A DNA stretch of 32,000 bases from Candidatus Paracaedimonas acanthamoebae (GTDB lineage Bacteria; Pseudomonadota; Alphaproteobacteria; Caedimonadales; Caedimonadaceae). Positions 15,657 through 24,859 of this stretch are shown piece after piece. Made by a program: the position numbers and the translations under genes. The DNA lies in the NCBI GenBank assembly GCA_000743035.1, contig CP008936.1:1290001-1322000 (forward strand). The letters are read 5' to 3'. A model generated the notes under the pieces. The model made no database searches, was not told where the DNA came from, and worked only from the letters and a program-made list of their open reading frames with translations. Each line of letters opens with the position of its first letter. Positions within the stretch are counted from its first letter, which is position 1.

Positions 15657-16598
15657 ATGATAAGAACCCCCCAAAAAGCGTTTAAGCATTTCTTCGATCG
15701 TAGTTTTATCATTGCCATAAGCGCTATGGTCACCATTCTTTATGGAACCTCTCTTACATGGTCACCTGAAATATTCTTTTTATCAACCTCAAACGTAGAG
15801 CCCAATAAAAATGCTGCGCCCTCTATCCTGCCACAAAATGAGACGTTTACGCTTGCGAAGAAAATAAGCCTTTCACATAATCGTGTTGTTGAGAATGCTT
15901 TTGATAAGGACTCATCTGCTATACACAAAAAAACAATTTCTATTGAAATTCCTCGCGTTTTTGCGGCTCATCTTCCTGCAGAACTTGGCATCATTACTAA
16001 CATAAAAAACAAGCAAGAAATGTTTATTGAAACTTTACTGCCTCATATTTTGAAATATAATGAAGATATTCTTGCAGACCGAACCTACCTCTTGCGCTTA
16101 AAGCGTATTGTTGATAATGGCAATTCTTTAAGTTTTGAACAACGCTTATGGCTCCAAGATCTCGCTAAACGCTACAACATCAAACACATCTCTTTTGATG
16201 AGCTATTAAAACGCGTTGACATCATTCCACCTTCTCTTGCTTTAGGACAAGCCGTTGTTGAGAGTGGCTGGGGGGGATGCAAGTATGCCCGCAAACAAAA
16301 CTCTCCATTCGGCTTAATGCGGGATAAAACGCGCCTCATGACATTTGATTCCTTATATGAAGGAGTTAAAACTTATGTGGACACACTCAATAAGCATCCT
16401 GCCTACGATTCATTACGTCGTATCCGCGCACAACAACGACAAGATGGCATACATCCTTGCAGCTTAAAGCTTGCAGATGGGTTAATATATTACTCAACAA
16501 GACGACAAGCTTATATACGCCAGTTAAAGCAACTTATTGGTCTTCATTCTTTTAAGAAATATGACCATGCTCGCTTCATAACTGATTTGAGGTCTTGA
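15657..16598 (+). CDS. Glucosaminidase-domain protein (Bax-like peptidoglycan hydrolase)
   Basis: There is an N-terminal TM segment. LALGQAVVESGWGGCKYARKQNSPFGL matches the mannosyl-glycoprotein endo-beta-N-acetylglucosaminidase motif (A..ESGWG.S..A...NN.FG). The start may be ATG 15657 or TTG 15645. Confidence 0.75.
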   Translation: MIRTPQKAFKHFFDRSFIIAISAMVTILYGTSLTWSPEIFFLSTSNVEPNKNAAPSILPQNETFTLAKKISLSHNRVVENAFDKDSSAIHKKTISIEIPRVFAAHLPAELGIITNIKNKQEMFIETLLPHILKYNEDILADRTYLLRLKRIVDNGNSLSFEQRLWLQDLAKRYNIKHISFDELLKRVDIIPPSLALGQAVVESGWGGCKYARKQNSPFGLMRDKTRLMTFDSLYEGVKTYVDTLNKHPAYDSLRRIRAQQRQDGIHPCSLKLADGLIYYSTRRQAYIRQLKQLIGLHSFKKYDHARFITDLRS

Positions 16599-16655
16599 CA
16601 AACAACCTTATTCGCTTCTCTATAAAGAGAAATTAAAAAGAAGGTTTTTGCTGGC

Positions 16656-17924
16656 ATGAAGCCATTTTTTTCAGAATTTTTAAAAGAGTCTCACGCCCGT
16701 GGTTTTATTCATCAAGGAACTGATTTAGAAGGGTTGGATCAGCTCCTTAATTCTCAAATTGTCGTTGCTTACCTAGGATTTGATGCAACGGCTAAAAGTT
16801 TACATGTCGGTAATCTTGTTCAAATCATGCGTCTCCGACTTTTGCAACGCTCAGGCCATAAACCAATCGTTCTTATGGGAGGCGGTACAACTCGTATTGG
16901 CGACCCTTCTGGAAAAGATGAAATGCGCCAAGTCCTTGATGAAGCTAAAATCTCTGAGAACCTAGAGAGCATTAAAAAAATCTTTGCAAAATATCTTACA
17001 TTCGGAGATGGCGCAACGGATGCCATCATGGTGAATAATGCAGATTGGCTTAATGACTTAAATTACCTTGATTTTCTAAGGGATTATGGGCGTCATTTCT
17101 CCATCAATCGGATGCTGACGTTTGATAGCGTACGTCAACGTTTGGAGAGAGAACAATCTCTCAGTTTCCTTGAATTTAACTATATGATTTTACAAGCTTT
17201 TGATTTTCTTGAGCTTCATCGGCGTTATGGCATTAAATTGCAAATGGGGGGCGCAGATCAATGGGGTAATATTATAAGCGGTGTTGATCTAATCCGCCGC
17301 CTCACCCAACAAGAAGCCTTTGGCCTAACATCTCCGCTGATTACCACAGCTTCAGGTGCGAAAATGGGAAAAACCGCGCAAGGCGCTATTTGGCTTGAGA
17401 AAAACTTATTGTCTCCTTACGACTTCTGGCAATACTGGCGCAATACAGCCGATCGTGATGTTGGCCGCTTTTTACGGCTTTTTACAGATCTCCCACTGAC
17501 AGAAATTGAACGACTTGAAAAACTAAAAGATGCAGAAATAAATGAAGCTAAAAAAATTCTCGCTGATGAAGCAACCCGGCTTTGTCATGGAGAAAACGCT
17601 GTTTTAGAAGCACGCAAAACGGCTGAAAATCTTTTTGAATACCCTGAAGGGAATATTTTAGAATCTGCTATTCCAACCGTCTTTATTGGGGAAAGTTTGC
17701 TTTCTCAGGGGCTTCCAGTTTATGAAGTCTTTCGTCTAGGAGGCCTTGCTGAAAGCAATGGCGAGGCTCGCCGCCTTATTCGAGGTGGAGGCGCTCGCAT
17801 AGATGATCAAAGCATTACAAGCGAATCCCTCTCATTGAATTTAAGCGATTTTAAAGATAAAGATTATCTCAAGCTTTCAGCAGGCAAGAAACGACATGCT
17901 CTTTTGAAATTACAAAAAGCTTAA
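16656..17924 (+). CDS. tyrS: Tyrosine--tRNA ligase
   Basis: 422 aa with the HIGH-type motif (SLHVGNL), KMSKS-type motif (KMGKT) and a C-terminal S4-like domain ([16 protein letters not shown]). Confidence 0.95.
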   Translation: MKPFFSEFLKESHARGFIHQGTDLEGLDQLLNSQIVVAYLGFDATAKSLHVGNLVQIMRLRLLQRSGHKPIVLMGGGTTRIGDPSGKDEMRQVLDEAKISENLESIKKIFAKYLTFGDGATDAIMVNNADWLNDLNYLDFLRDYGRHFSINRMLTFDSVRQRLEREQSLSFLEFNYMILQAFDFLELHRRYGIKLQMGGADQWGNIISGVDLIRRLTQQEAFGLTSPLITTASGAKMGKTAQGAIWLEKNLLSPYDFWQYWRNTADRDVGRFLRLFTDLPLTEIERLEKLKDAEINEAKKILADEATRLCHGENAVLEARKTAENLFEYPEGNILESAIPTVFIGESLLSQGLPVYEVFRLGGLAESNGEARRLIRGGGARIDDQSITSESLSLNLSDFKDKDYLKLSAGKKRHALLKLQKA

Positions 17925-18015
17925 CAAATTGGAACACTAGGGACACAACCTTGACATTGCTGTCATTCCAACGTTTAATTAAAAAATAGAAACAATAAAG
18001 TAGCTTATATAAACA

Positions 18016-18765
18016 ATGAAAATTCTTATCGCTGTTAAACGGGTGGTTGATTATAACGTAAAAATCCGCGTCAAATCTGATCACACAGGAGTGGAGCTCA
18101 ACAATATCAAAATGAGCATGAATCCCTTTGACGAAATTGCCGTTGAAGAAGGTGTAAGACTTCGTGAATTAGGGGCCGCCTCAGAGCTTATTGCTATTTC
18201 TATTGGCTCTCCTTCTTGTCAAGAGGTCTTGCGATCAGCGATGGCTTTGGGTGCCGATCGCAGCATTCTTGTTGAAACCGAGCAATTTCTAGAACCACTG
18301 GCGATTGCTCATATTCTCAAGACGATTGCTGAGCGTGAAAAACCTGATCTTATTATTTTAGGAAAACAAGCGATTGATGATGACTGTAACCAAACAGGAC
18401 AAATGCTTGCAGGCCTTTTAGGATGGCCTCAAGGCACCTTTATTTCAGACCTTAAATTCGAAGATCATTGCGCCCACGTTATGCGTGAAGTCGATGGTGG
18501 CCTAGAAAAGTTAAAACTTAAATTGCCTGCCGTAATAACTACAGATCTTCGCCTCAATACGCCGCGCTATCCCAAACTTCCCAACATTATGAAAGCAAAA
18601 CAAAAACCCTTAGATATATTTAAAGTCAACGACTTAGGCATTGACATTACACCACGCCATCAAACGCTTAAGGTGACTGAGCCCTCCAAGCGCAAAGCAG
18701 GCATTAAAGTTAAGGACGTTCAAGAACTTGTTGAACGTCTACAACAAGAAGCAAAGGTAATTTAA
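18016..18765 (+). CDS. etfB: Electron transfer flavoprotein subunit beta
   Basis: MKILIAVKRVVDYNVKIRVK, MSMNPFDEIAVEEGVRLRE and 249 aa, immediately followed by etfA. Confidence 0.95.
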   Translation: MKILIAVKRVVDYNVKIRVKSDHTGVELNNIKMSMNPFDEIAVEEGVRLRELGAASELIAISIGSPSCQEVLRSAMALGADRSILVETEQFLEPLAIAHILKTIAEREKPDLIILGKQAIDDDCNQTGQMLAGLLGWPQGTFISDLKFEDHCAHVMREVDGGLEKLKLKLPAVITTDLRLNTPRYPKLPNIMKAKQKPLDIFKVNDLGIDITPRHQTLKVTEPSKRKAGIKVKDVQELVERLQQEAKVI

Positions 18766-19719
18766 ATGAACATTCTTGTTATTGCTGAGCATGATAATCG
18801 GATTTTAAAACCTTCCACTCTTAATACGGCTGCGGCAGCCCAAAAGATTTCAGCTAATGTTGATCTCTTGGTTGCAGGTTCTAAAATTGACTCTATTGTA
18901 CAAGCAGCCGCTTCTATTGAAGGGCTAGAGCGTGTTCTTTATGCAGATCACTCTGCATTAGGGCAAAATTTAGCTGAACCTCTTGCAGAGCTTATCGCAA
19001 CTCTCGGCAAAGGCTATACACATATTCTTGCACCTGCTTCTGCTTTCGGGAAAAATTGCCTACCCCGCGTCGCGGCTCTGCTTAATGTTGGACAACTCTC
19101 TGATATTATTGCGATTGAAAGTCCAGATACTTTCATTCGACCAATTTATGCAGGAAATGCTCTAGCAACTATAAAGTCTAGCGATCCTATTAAGGTCATT
19201 ACCATTAGAACCACCGCGTTTTCGTCTGCTCAAAAAGGAAATAAAACAGCCCCTATTGAAAAAATATCCCCATCTCTTTCAATAACTGAACTTTCTTCAT
19301 TTGTTGAGCGGATTGAAATACCCTCAGAACGTCCAGAACTGACCACAGCAAAGGTGGTTGTATCAGGAGGTAGAGCTTTAGGGAGTAAAGAAAATTTCGC
19401 GCTTGTAGAGCAACTTGCCGACAAATTGAAGGCCGCTATTGGCGCTTCGCGCGCAGCTGTCGATGCTGGTTTTGCGCCAAATGATTATCAAGTCGGGCAA
19501 ACTGGAAAAGTCGTGGCTCCCGATCTTTATATCGCTCTTGGCATTTCTGGCGCTATTCAACATCTAGCCGGCATGAAAGATAGTAAAGTAATTGTTGCGA
19601 TCAACAAAGATGAAGAGGCCCCTATCTTTCAAGTGGCCGATTACGGCCTTGTTGGAGACATCTTTGAGCTTGTCCCTCAATTAATTAATGCTTTAGACAT
19701 TGCAAAAGGTAATCCCTAA
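18766..19719 (+). CDS. etfA: Electron transfer flavoprotein subunit alpha
   Basis: 317 aa with the FAD-binding C-terminus ([45 protein letters not shown]). Its start abuts the etfB stop. Confidence 0.95.
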   Translation: MNILVIAEHDNRILKPSTLNTAAAAQKISANVDLLVAGSKIDSIVQAAASIEGLERVLYADHSALGQNLAEPLAELIATLGKGYTHILAPASAFGKNCLPRVAALLNVGQLSDIIAIESPDTFIRPIYAGNALATIKSSDPIKVITIRTTAFSSAQKGNKTAPIEKISPSLSITELSSFVERIEIPSERPELTTAKVVVSGGRALGSKENFALVEQLADKLKAAIGASRAAVDAGFAPNDYQVGQTGKVVAPDLYIALGISGAIQHLAGMKDSKVIVAINKDEEAPIFQVADYGLVGDIFELVPQLINALDIAKGNP

Positions 19720-19813
19720 TTTAATGATAATCAACAATCCCAACATTATGCGCCCCTATGCCTGTTTCCCATGAAAAACAAAGACACTATTGATTATTTA
19801 CGCGCAAACTTAT

Positions 19814-20281
19814 CTATCCTTTTCGGTCTCCTTTTAAAATCTCAAGCTTGGTTCCAGGATTTAATTTTTGCCGTAGTTTATAAATACTTGAAGACTGATT
19901 AAGAGCTTGCATAATTTCAAGAGAACTTGGGAACTTTGCATCGTTTCTTTGCTCCCAAATTTGTTGCGCAAGATTGCGATTCTTGAAAAATTTTATCGCT
20001 AAAGTTTGAGATGAAGAGTTACCAGCCTTGTCACTCTCTTTACTTTCAAGATCTTTACCTTTATCTTGCGAACTTTTTTAAAGTTGTATTGAGGATAAAG
20101 AACTCGATGAAAAGGATTATATTTCTAACTTTACTTTTGTTTGAGCACTATTAGAGGACTCACTTGCCCGTTCGTGTCGCTGGTTTTCAATATCTCGATA
20201 TAAAGATTTCAAATTTTCATGTTCATAATTAGGCCATAAAACCATAGGCACCTCATGACTTGATGTTGCTTGTTCTTGTTT
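19814..20281 (-). pseudogene. In-frame continuation of ORF 20282-20740, interrupted by TAA codons (decaying 3' part of a secreted-protein gene)
   Basis: Hand translation of the minus strand in the same frame as 20282-20740 stays otherwise open down to the TAG at 19814-19816. The only interruptions are TAA at 20282-20284, 20117-20119 and 20078-20080. Confidence 0.5.
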
Positions 20282-20740
20282 TTACCTCAATTCACGTAGT
20301 TCACTATCAATCTTTTTTGTTTCTGCAGAAAATTGAGTTACCAAATTTTTAAATGATCTTAAATTATTCTCTATGGTTGAGATCTTTTCATCTGCTTTTG
20401 GATTTTCTAGAAGTGCAATAGCGCACTTATAAACTTCCTTTTCTAGAAAATTTTGTTTTGCTTTTCTTAGATCTAAATCTGTTGAAATCATATAATAATC
20501 TAAACAAGTTGTTATAAAATCTACAACAACTGTACGAACATTTACTTCAGAATCAAAAGAGCAATTTACTAATATTCGCCTTGCCTGTTCTAGACTTAAT
20601 TCACTTTCATTTTTTTTACTGCTTGTAACGGATAAACTATTTTTTAGAGAGTAATCTTCGTGACTTGGTTTTTCCGAAGCCAATATTTGCTGAGAAAAGA
20701 ATAATATTAAGGTGATATAAAGACTTATGTAATTTAACAT
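20282..20740 (-). CDS. Hypothetical secreted protein (possibly the truncated 5' part of a longer ancestral gene)
   Basis: 152-aa ORF with a signal-peptide-like N-terminus (MLNYISLYITLILFFSQQILASE). I recognise no family. Confidence 0.5.
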   Translation of the reverse strand: MLNYISLYITLILFFSQQILASEKPSHEDYSLKNSLSVTSSKKNESELSLEQARRILVNCSFDSEVNVRTVVVDFITTCLDYYMISTDLDLRKAKQNFLEKEVYKCAIALLENPKADEKISTIENNLRSFKNLVTQFSAETKKIDSELRELR

Positions 20741-20916
20741 GGTTATGTTTTCCAGAGATATTAATACCTAAATGTCAAATATTTACCATTATTTGCTCAT
20801 TAAAGCAACAAAACACCTATTCGAAATCTAAAGGTTAAAGATGACTAAAAAAAACTTAGGATGACTCTTTTATACTTTTAAAGTAAGATACAGGTAAAAT
20901 AATTTAGGTTTCAATC

Positions 20917-21162
20917 ATGACAAATGAACTTTCTAATCTTCCTTTTGAAGAAGCTATGCGTGAATTAGAAGCAATCGTGCGTAAGCTTGAAGAAGGCCGT
21001 CTTCCTCTTGATGAAGCCATTAAGAATTATGAAAGAGGTGCTGTTTTACGGACTCATTGCGAGACCTTGCTGAAAGAGGCCAAACTGAAGGTGGATCAAA
21101 TCGTTGTTTCGCCTGATGGCACACTGTCTTTAGAACGTTCAACCCTTGAAGATGAACTTTAA
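20917..21162 (+). CDS. xseB: Exodeoxyribonuclease VII small subunit
   Basis: 81 aa. FEEAMRELEAIVRKLEEGRLPLDEAIKNYERG is the typical XseB helix-hairpin, and the gene is followed by ispA as in many bacteria. Confidence 0.92.
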   Translation: MTNELSNLPFEEAMRELEAIVRKLEEGRLPLDEAIKNYERGAVLRTHCETLLKEAKLKVDQIVVSPDGTLSLERSTLEDEL

Positions 21163-22069
21163 AACAAGGCGTTTAAAGGTGGAAGAGCTAACATTCCTGC
21201 TTCAAGAAACGCGACTCAAAGTTGATGAAAGCCTGAAAAACATCCTTGCCACATTTCGTGATAATACGCCAGACCGCCTTTACAAAGCCATGGAATACAG
21301 CGCTCTTTCACCCGGGAAACGTTTTCGAAGTTTTTTACTGTTAGAGTTCGGACAAGCGTTCCAAGTTCCCGAAAAACAACTTCTTCAGGTTGCTATGGCA
21401 ATAGAGTTTGTGAACGCCTATTCCCTTGTGCACGACGATTTACCTTGTATGGATGATGCCGCATTAAGGCGGGGGCAGCCAACTACCCATCTCAAATTTG
21501 ACGAAGCGACCGCCCTTCTTGCTGGAAATTCTCTCCTTACAGCAGCATTTCAGCTTTTAAGCAGGGAAGGCACCCATCCAGACCCAACTATACGCTTACG
21601 TCTAATTATGGCGCTTACACAAGCATGTGGTTCTCAAGGAATGATGGGAGGGCAAATGTTGGATCTTTTAGGAGAAACTCAAAAATTTAATGTCGATGAA
21701 ATTAAACACATGCAAGCCCTAAAAACAGGTGCTCTTCTTATTTTTTCTTGTGAAGCAGCCGCTATCTTAAGCAACAAAGAAATTGATACCATAAATAAAG
21801 TTCGTAGCTTTGGCGCTCATTTAGGCCTCGCTTTCCAGATTACAGACGATTTGCTTGATTATGAAGGATCAATAGAAAAGGCAGGTAAACCAATCGGTAT
21901 TGATCAACAAACGGGCAAATCAACCCTTGTAAAGCTTCTAGGGTTCGAAGAAGCGCGTGTACGCGCTAAAGAAGAAGTTGAAAATGCCTTGCTCGCACTT
22001 CAAAAGATTGGGTTTTCTTCTTCTAAGCTGGAAAAGGCTACACGAGCTCTTTTAATACGTAGCATTTAG
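21146..22069 (+). CDS. ispA: Polyprenyl (farnesyl/geranyl) diphosphate synthase
   Basis: FARM is LVHDDLPCMDDAALRRGQPT and SARM is FQITDDLLD, with KTGALL between them. The start is uncertain (TTG 21146 overlapping xseB, or ATG 21152). Confidence 0.9.
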   Translation: MKMNFKTRRLKVEELTFLLQETRLKVDESLKNILATFRDNTPDRLYKAMEYSALSPGKRFRSFLLLEFGQAFQVPEKQLLQVAMAIEFVNAYSLVHDDLPCMDDAALRRGQPTTHLKFDEATALLAGNSLLTAAFQLLSREGTHPDPTIRLRLIMALTQACGSQGMMGGQMLDLLGETQKFNVDEIKHMQALKTGALLIFSCEAAAILSNKEIDTINKVRSFGAHLGLAFQITDDLLDYEGSIEKAGKPIGIDQQTGKSTLVKLLGFEEARVRAKEEVENALLALQKIGFSSSKLEKATRALLIRSI

Positions 22070-22520
22070 TAAAATTAACTACCTCATTCCCTCTTTTTTT
22101 CTGTATTGGTTTCTTTGCTTGAGCTACTTTCTTGGTCAGCAAACTTTTTTCCATGATCAGATCCTAAAAGCCCGCCACAAAGAAGAAAAAGGGGAAGGAA
22201 CGGCAATGCAATTAAAAGAATTTTAACGTCATGGATAGGGATTTTCCCTTCTAAGGCTTTTATTAATACACTTCCAAAATAAAGGGAATATTGCTGCAGC
22301 TATCGTTGATATACCTGTCTTTCTTGAAAACGAAGGCATAATCCAATAATACTTGTTGAGGAGCTAATGCTAAAACTTGCTAACAATAAAATAACTTCAT
22401 CCTGAATAGCAATAATATGCGCAAAAAAGAAATAATGCTGTAAAAAATATAGAGCCTACTAAGGGATCTCTTTGTAACGGCAGTTTTATGCTAGAAAGAA
22501 ACTTACACAAAAACATATTC

Positions 22521-22790
22521 TCATTCTTCACCATGGAATACCTTTTTCTCTGCTCGTCTTAATTGTTCAACTTGTAGTTTATCTTTATCTCTTAATATTT
22601 TGGATGTTTCATGAAAAGATGATTGAGGAATAGGATGAGTGTCTTTTTTATGCAATACTACCTTTTGTTTTTCCGACTTCTCAATAAACACTGATGCCAA
22701 TTGATTATCTTTTGTTGTATTACGCACATCATATGCCAACAAGGAATAATTACACAAAAGAAGACCGACGACTAAGGGTAACTTATACAT
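22521..22790 (-). CDS. Small hypothetical secreted protein
   Basis: ATG at 22790 is preceded by AGGAGG with a 6-nt spacer. The signal-like N-terminus is MYKLPLVVGLLLCNYSLLA. No family recognised. The track ORF extends to GTG 22805. Confidence 0.45.
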   Translation of the reverse strand: MYKLPLVVGLLLCNYSLLAYDVRNTTKDNQLASVFIEKSEKQKVVLHKKDTHPIPQSSFHETSKILRDKDKLQVEQLRRAEKKVFHGEE

Positions 22791-22903
22791 TGTAAACCTC
22801 CTCACAAATTTGAAGATAACTTACCTATTAGTATAAATTAAATTTATTAATATTCGGTTAATAGCTTATTGCTTGCTATGGAACATAAACTTGCCTTCTA
22901 GAA

Positions 22904-24262
22904 CTAAGCCGCTTTCAACCCTTGTCGCTCTACAAGCATCCCTTCCAACCAATGGATATCATAATTACCTGCAATAACGTCAGGATGGTTAGCTAACTGT
23001 TGGTGCAGAGCTAAATTGGTTTGGATACCACCAATAACATATTCCTGAAGCGCCCGCCTTAAGCGCATCAGACAAGCCTGACGATTCTCCCCATATACGA
23101 TGAGTTTTGATACCAAGCTATCGTAATGAGGTGGAACGGTATATCCGTTATAAAGATGGCTATCAACCCGTACATGTAGCCCCCCGGGCGCATGATAGTT
23201 TGTAATTTTTCCAGGGCTTGGGATAAAGGTTTCAGGATCTTCAGCATTAATCCGACATTCAATCGCATGTCCTTTGAAATCGATATCTTCTTGCGTTAAG
23301 GTCAGTTTTTCGCCTGCGGCAACCTTGATTTGTTCACAGACGAGATCAACACCCGTAATCATCTCTGTGATTGGGTGCTCAACCTGAAGACGCGTGTTGG
23401 TTTCAATAAAATAGAATTGTCCATTTTCATAAAGAAACTCAAACGTCCCAACGCCACGATATCCCATAGCACTTACCGCTTTAGCAACAAGAGTGCCAAG
23501 CTCATGACGTTGTTGAGGACTAATAGCAGGAGAATTAGCTTCTTCCCATACCTTTTGATGGCGTCTTTGAATAGAGCAGTCTCGTTCCCCTAAATGAATA
23601 GCATTGCCGTAATTATCTGCAAGAACTTGAATTTCAATATGGCGAGGGGTTTCAAGATACTTTTCCATAAAAACTTGTTCATTACCAAAATTAGCTTTAG
23701 CTTCACTACGTGCAATCGAGAGCGCTTCCGGAATATCTTCCAAGCGACGAACAACTTGCATACCTTTACCACCGCCACCACCTGCAGCCTTAATAAGCAC
23801 AGGAAGACCAATCTTCTCTGCAAAAGCAAGTCCCTCCTCATCAGAAGAAATAGGGCCATCTGAACCAGGAACCACTGGAATTCCTAAAGCTTTCACAGCA
23901 TTTTTTGCTGTAATTTTATCTCCCATGATGCGCGTGTGTTCAGCACTAGGTCCAATAAAAGTAAACCCATGTTCTTCAACCATTTGAGCAAATTCATGAT
24001 TTTCAGAAAGAAAACCAACACCAGGATGAATCGCATCAACACCAGCAACTGTGGCCGCTGAGATAATGGCCGGCATATTGAGGTAACTTCCTTTAGCTGG
24101 AGCTGGCCCAACACAAAGACTCTCATCCGCTAAACGGACATGCATCGAATTTGCATCTGCCGTTGAATGTATAGCAACCGTGCCAATTCCCATCTCACGA
24201 CAAGCCCTCAGCACGCGAAGGGCAATTTCACCGCGATTTGCAATTAAAATTTTTTTAAACAT
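22904..24262 (-). CDS. accC: Acetyl-CoA carboxylase biotin carboxylase subunit
   Basis: 452 aa. [26 protein letters not shown], the ATP-grasp glycine loop ([11 protein letters not shown]) and EMNTR-like [16 protein letters not shown] are present. Confidence 0.97.
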   Translation of the reverse strand: MFKKILIANRGEIALRVLRACREMGIGTVAIHSTADANSMHVRLADESLCVGPAPAKGSYLNMPAIISAATVAGVDAIHPGVGFLSENHEFAQMVEEHGFTFIGPSAEHTRIMGDKITAKNAVKALGIPVVPGSDGPISSDEEGLAFAEKIGLPVLIKAAGGGGGKGMQVVRRLEDIPEALSIARSEAKANFGNEQVFMEKYLETPRHIEIQVLADNYGNAIHLGERDCSIQRRHQKVWEEANSPAISPQQRHELGTLVAKAVSAMGYRGVGTFEFLYENGQFYFIETNTRLQVEHPITEMITGVDLVCEQIKVAAGEKLTLTQEDIDFKGHAIECRINAEDPETFIPSPGKITNYHAPGGLHVRVDSHLYNGYTVPPHYDSLVSKLIVYGENRQACLMRLRRALQEYVIGGIQTNLALHQQLANHPDVIAGNYDIHWLEGMLVERQGLKAA

Positions 24263-24267
24263 TTTGC

Positions 24268-24726
24268 TTACTCAATGATTAATAAGGGTTGGTCAAATTC
24301 AACAGGGTCACCATCGTTAAATAAGATTTGACTTACTGTCCCCTCTTGAGGTGCGCGAATTTGATTCATAACTTTCATTGCTTCAATAATAAGCAACGTT
24401 TGGCCTTGAGTTACTTTTGCGCCCACTTTCACAAATGGTTCTGCTCCTGGCGTAGAAGCTGCATAAACCGTTCCCACCATAGGCGCTTTTACTGTTCCAG
24501 GATGGCGTGCCACATCAACCGGCACAACCTCCTGGGGAGCAGACGCTGCCATAGCTTGAGTAGAAGTTACTGTCGGTGCCTCAACTGTCGCTACAGCAGT
24601 TAAATTTCGTGCAACCCTTAAACGACTATTTTCTTGTTCTATTTCAATTTCTGAAAGACCCGTCTCATTAAGGATTTCTGCAAGTTTACGAACAATTTTT
24701 TCATCAAAAGACAAAGGGTTTGCCAT
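24268..24726 (-). CDS. accB: Acetyl-CoA carboxylase biotin carboxyl carrier protein
   Basis: Biotinyl-lysine motif EAMKVMN, a Pro/Ala-rich linker and a position directly upstream of accC. The start is probably ATG 24726 (MANPLSF). The track ORF starts at TTG 24744. Confidence 0.93.
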   Translation of the reverse strand: MANPLSFDEKIVRKLAEILNETGLSEIEIEQENSRLRVARNLTAVATVEAPTVTSTQAMAASAPQEVVPVDVARHPGTVKAPMVGTVYAASTPGAEPFVKVGAKVTQGQTLLIIEAMKVMNQIRAPQEGTVSQILFNDGDPVEFDQPLLIIE

Positions 24727-24859
24727 GCGTTTCTCTCGTGTCAAAAGTTATTAACTTGATGGCTTATACCATGGACAGAAGCAAAAAGCCAAATAGTATC
24801 AACAAGACAAGCCAATTATAAATTTAACTTATTGTAAAATAATAATTTTAATTTCTAAT

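Noticed and set aside
16616-16631. Small hairpin TTCTCT-ATAA-AGAGAA between the glucosaminidase gene and tyrS
   Set aside because: The stem is only 6 bp of A/T-rich sequence and is not followed by a T-tract on the relevant strand. That is too weak to call a terminator.
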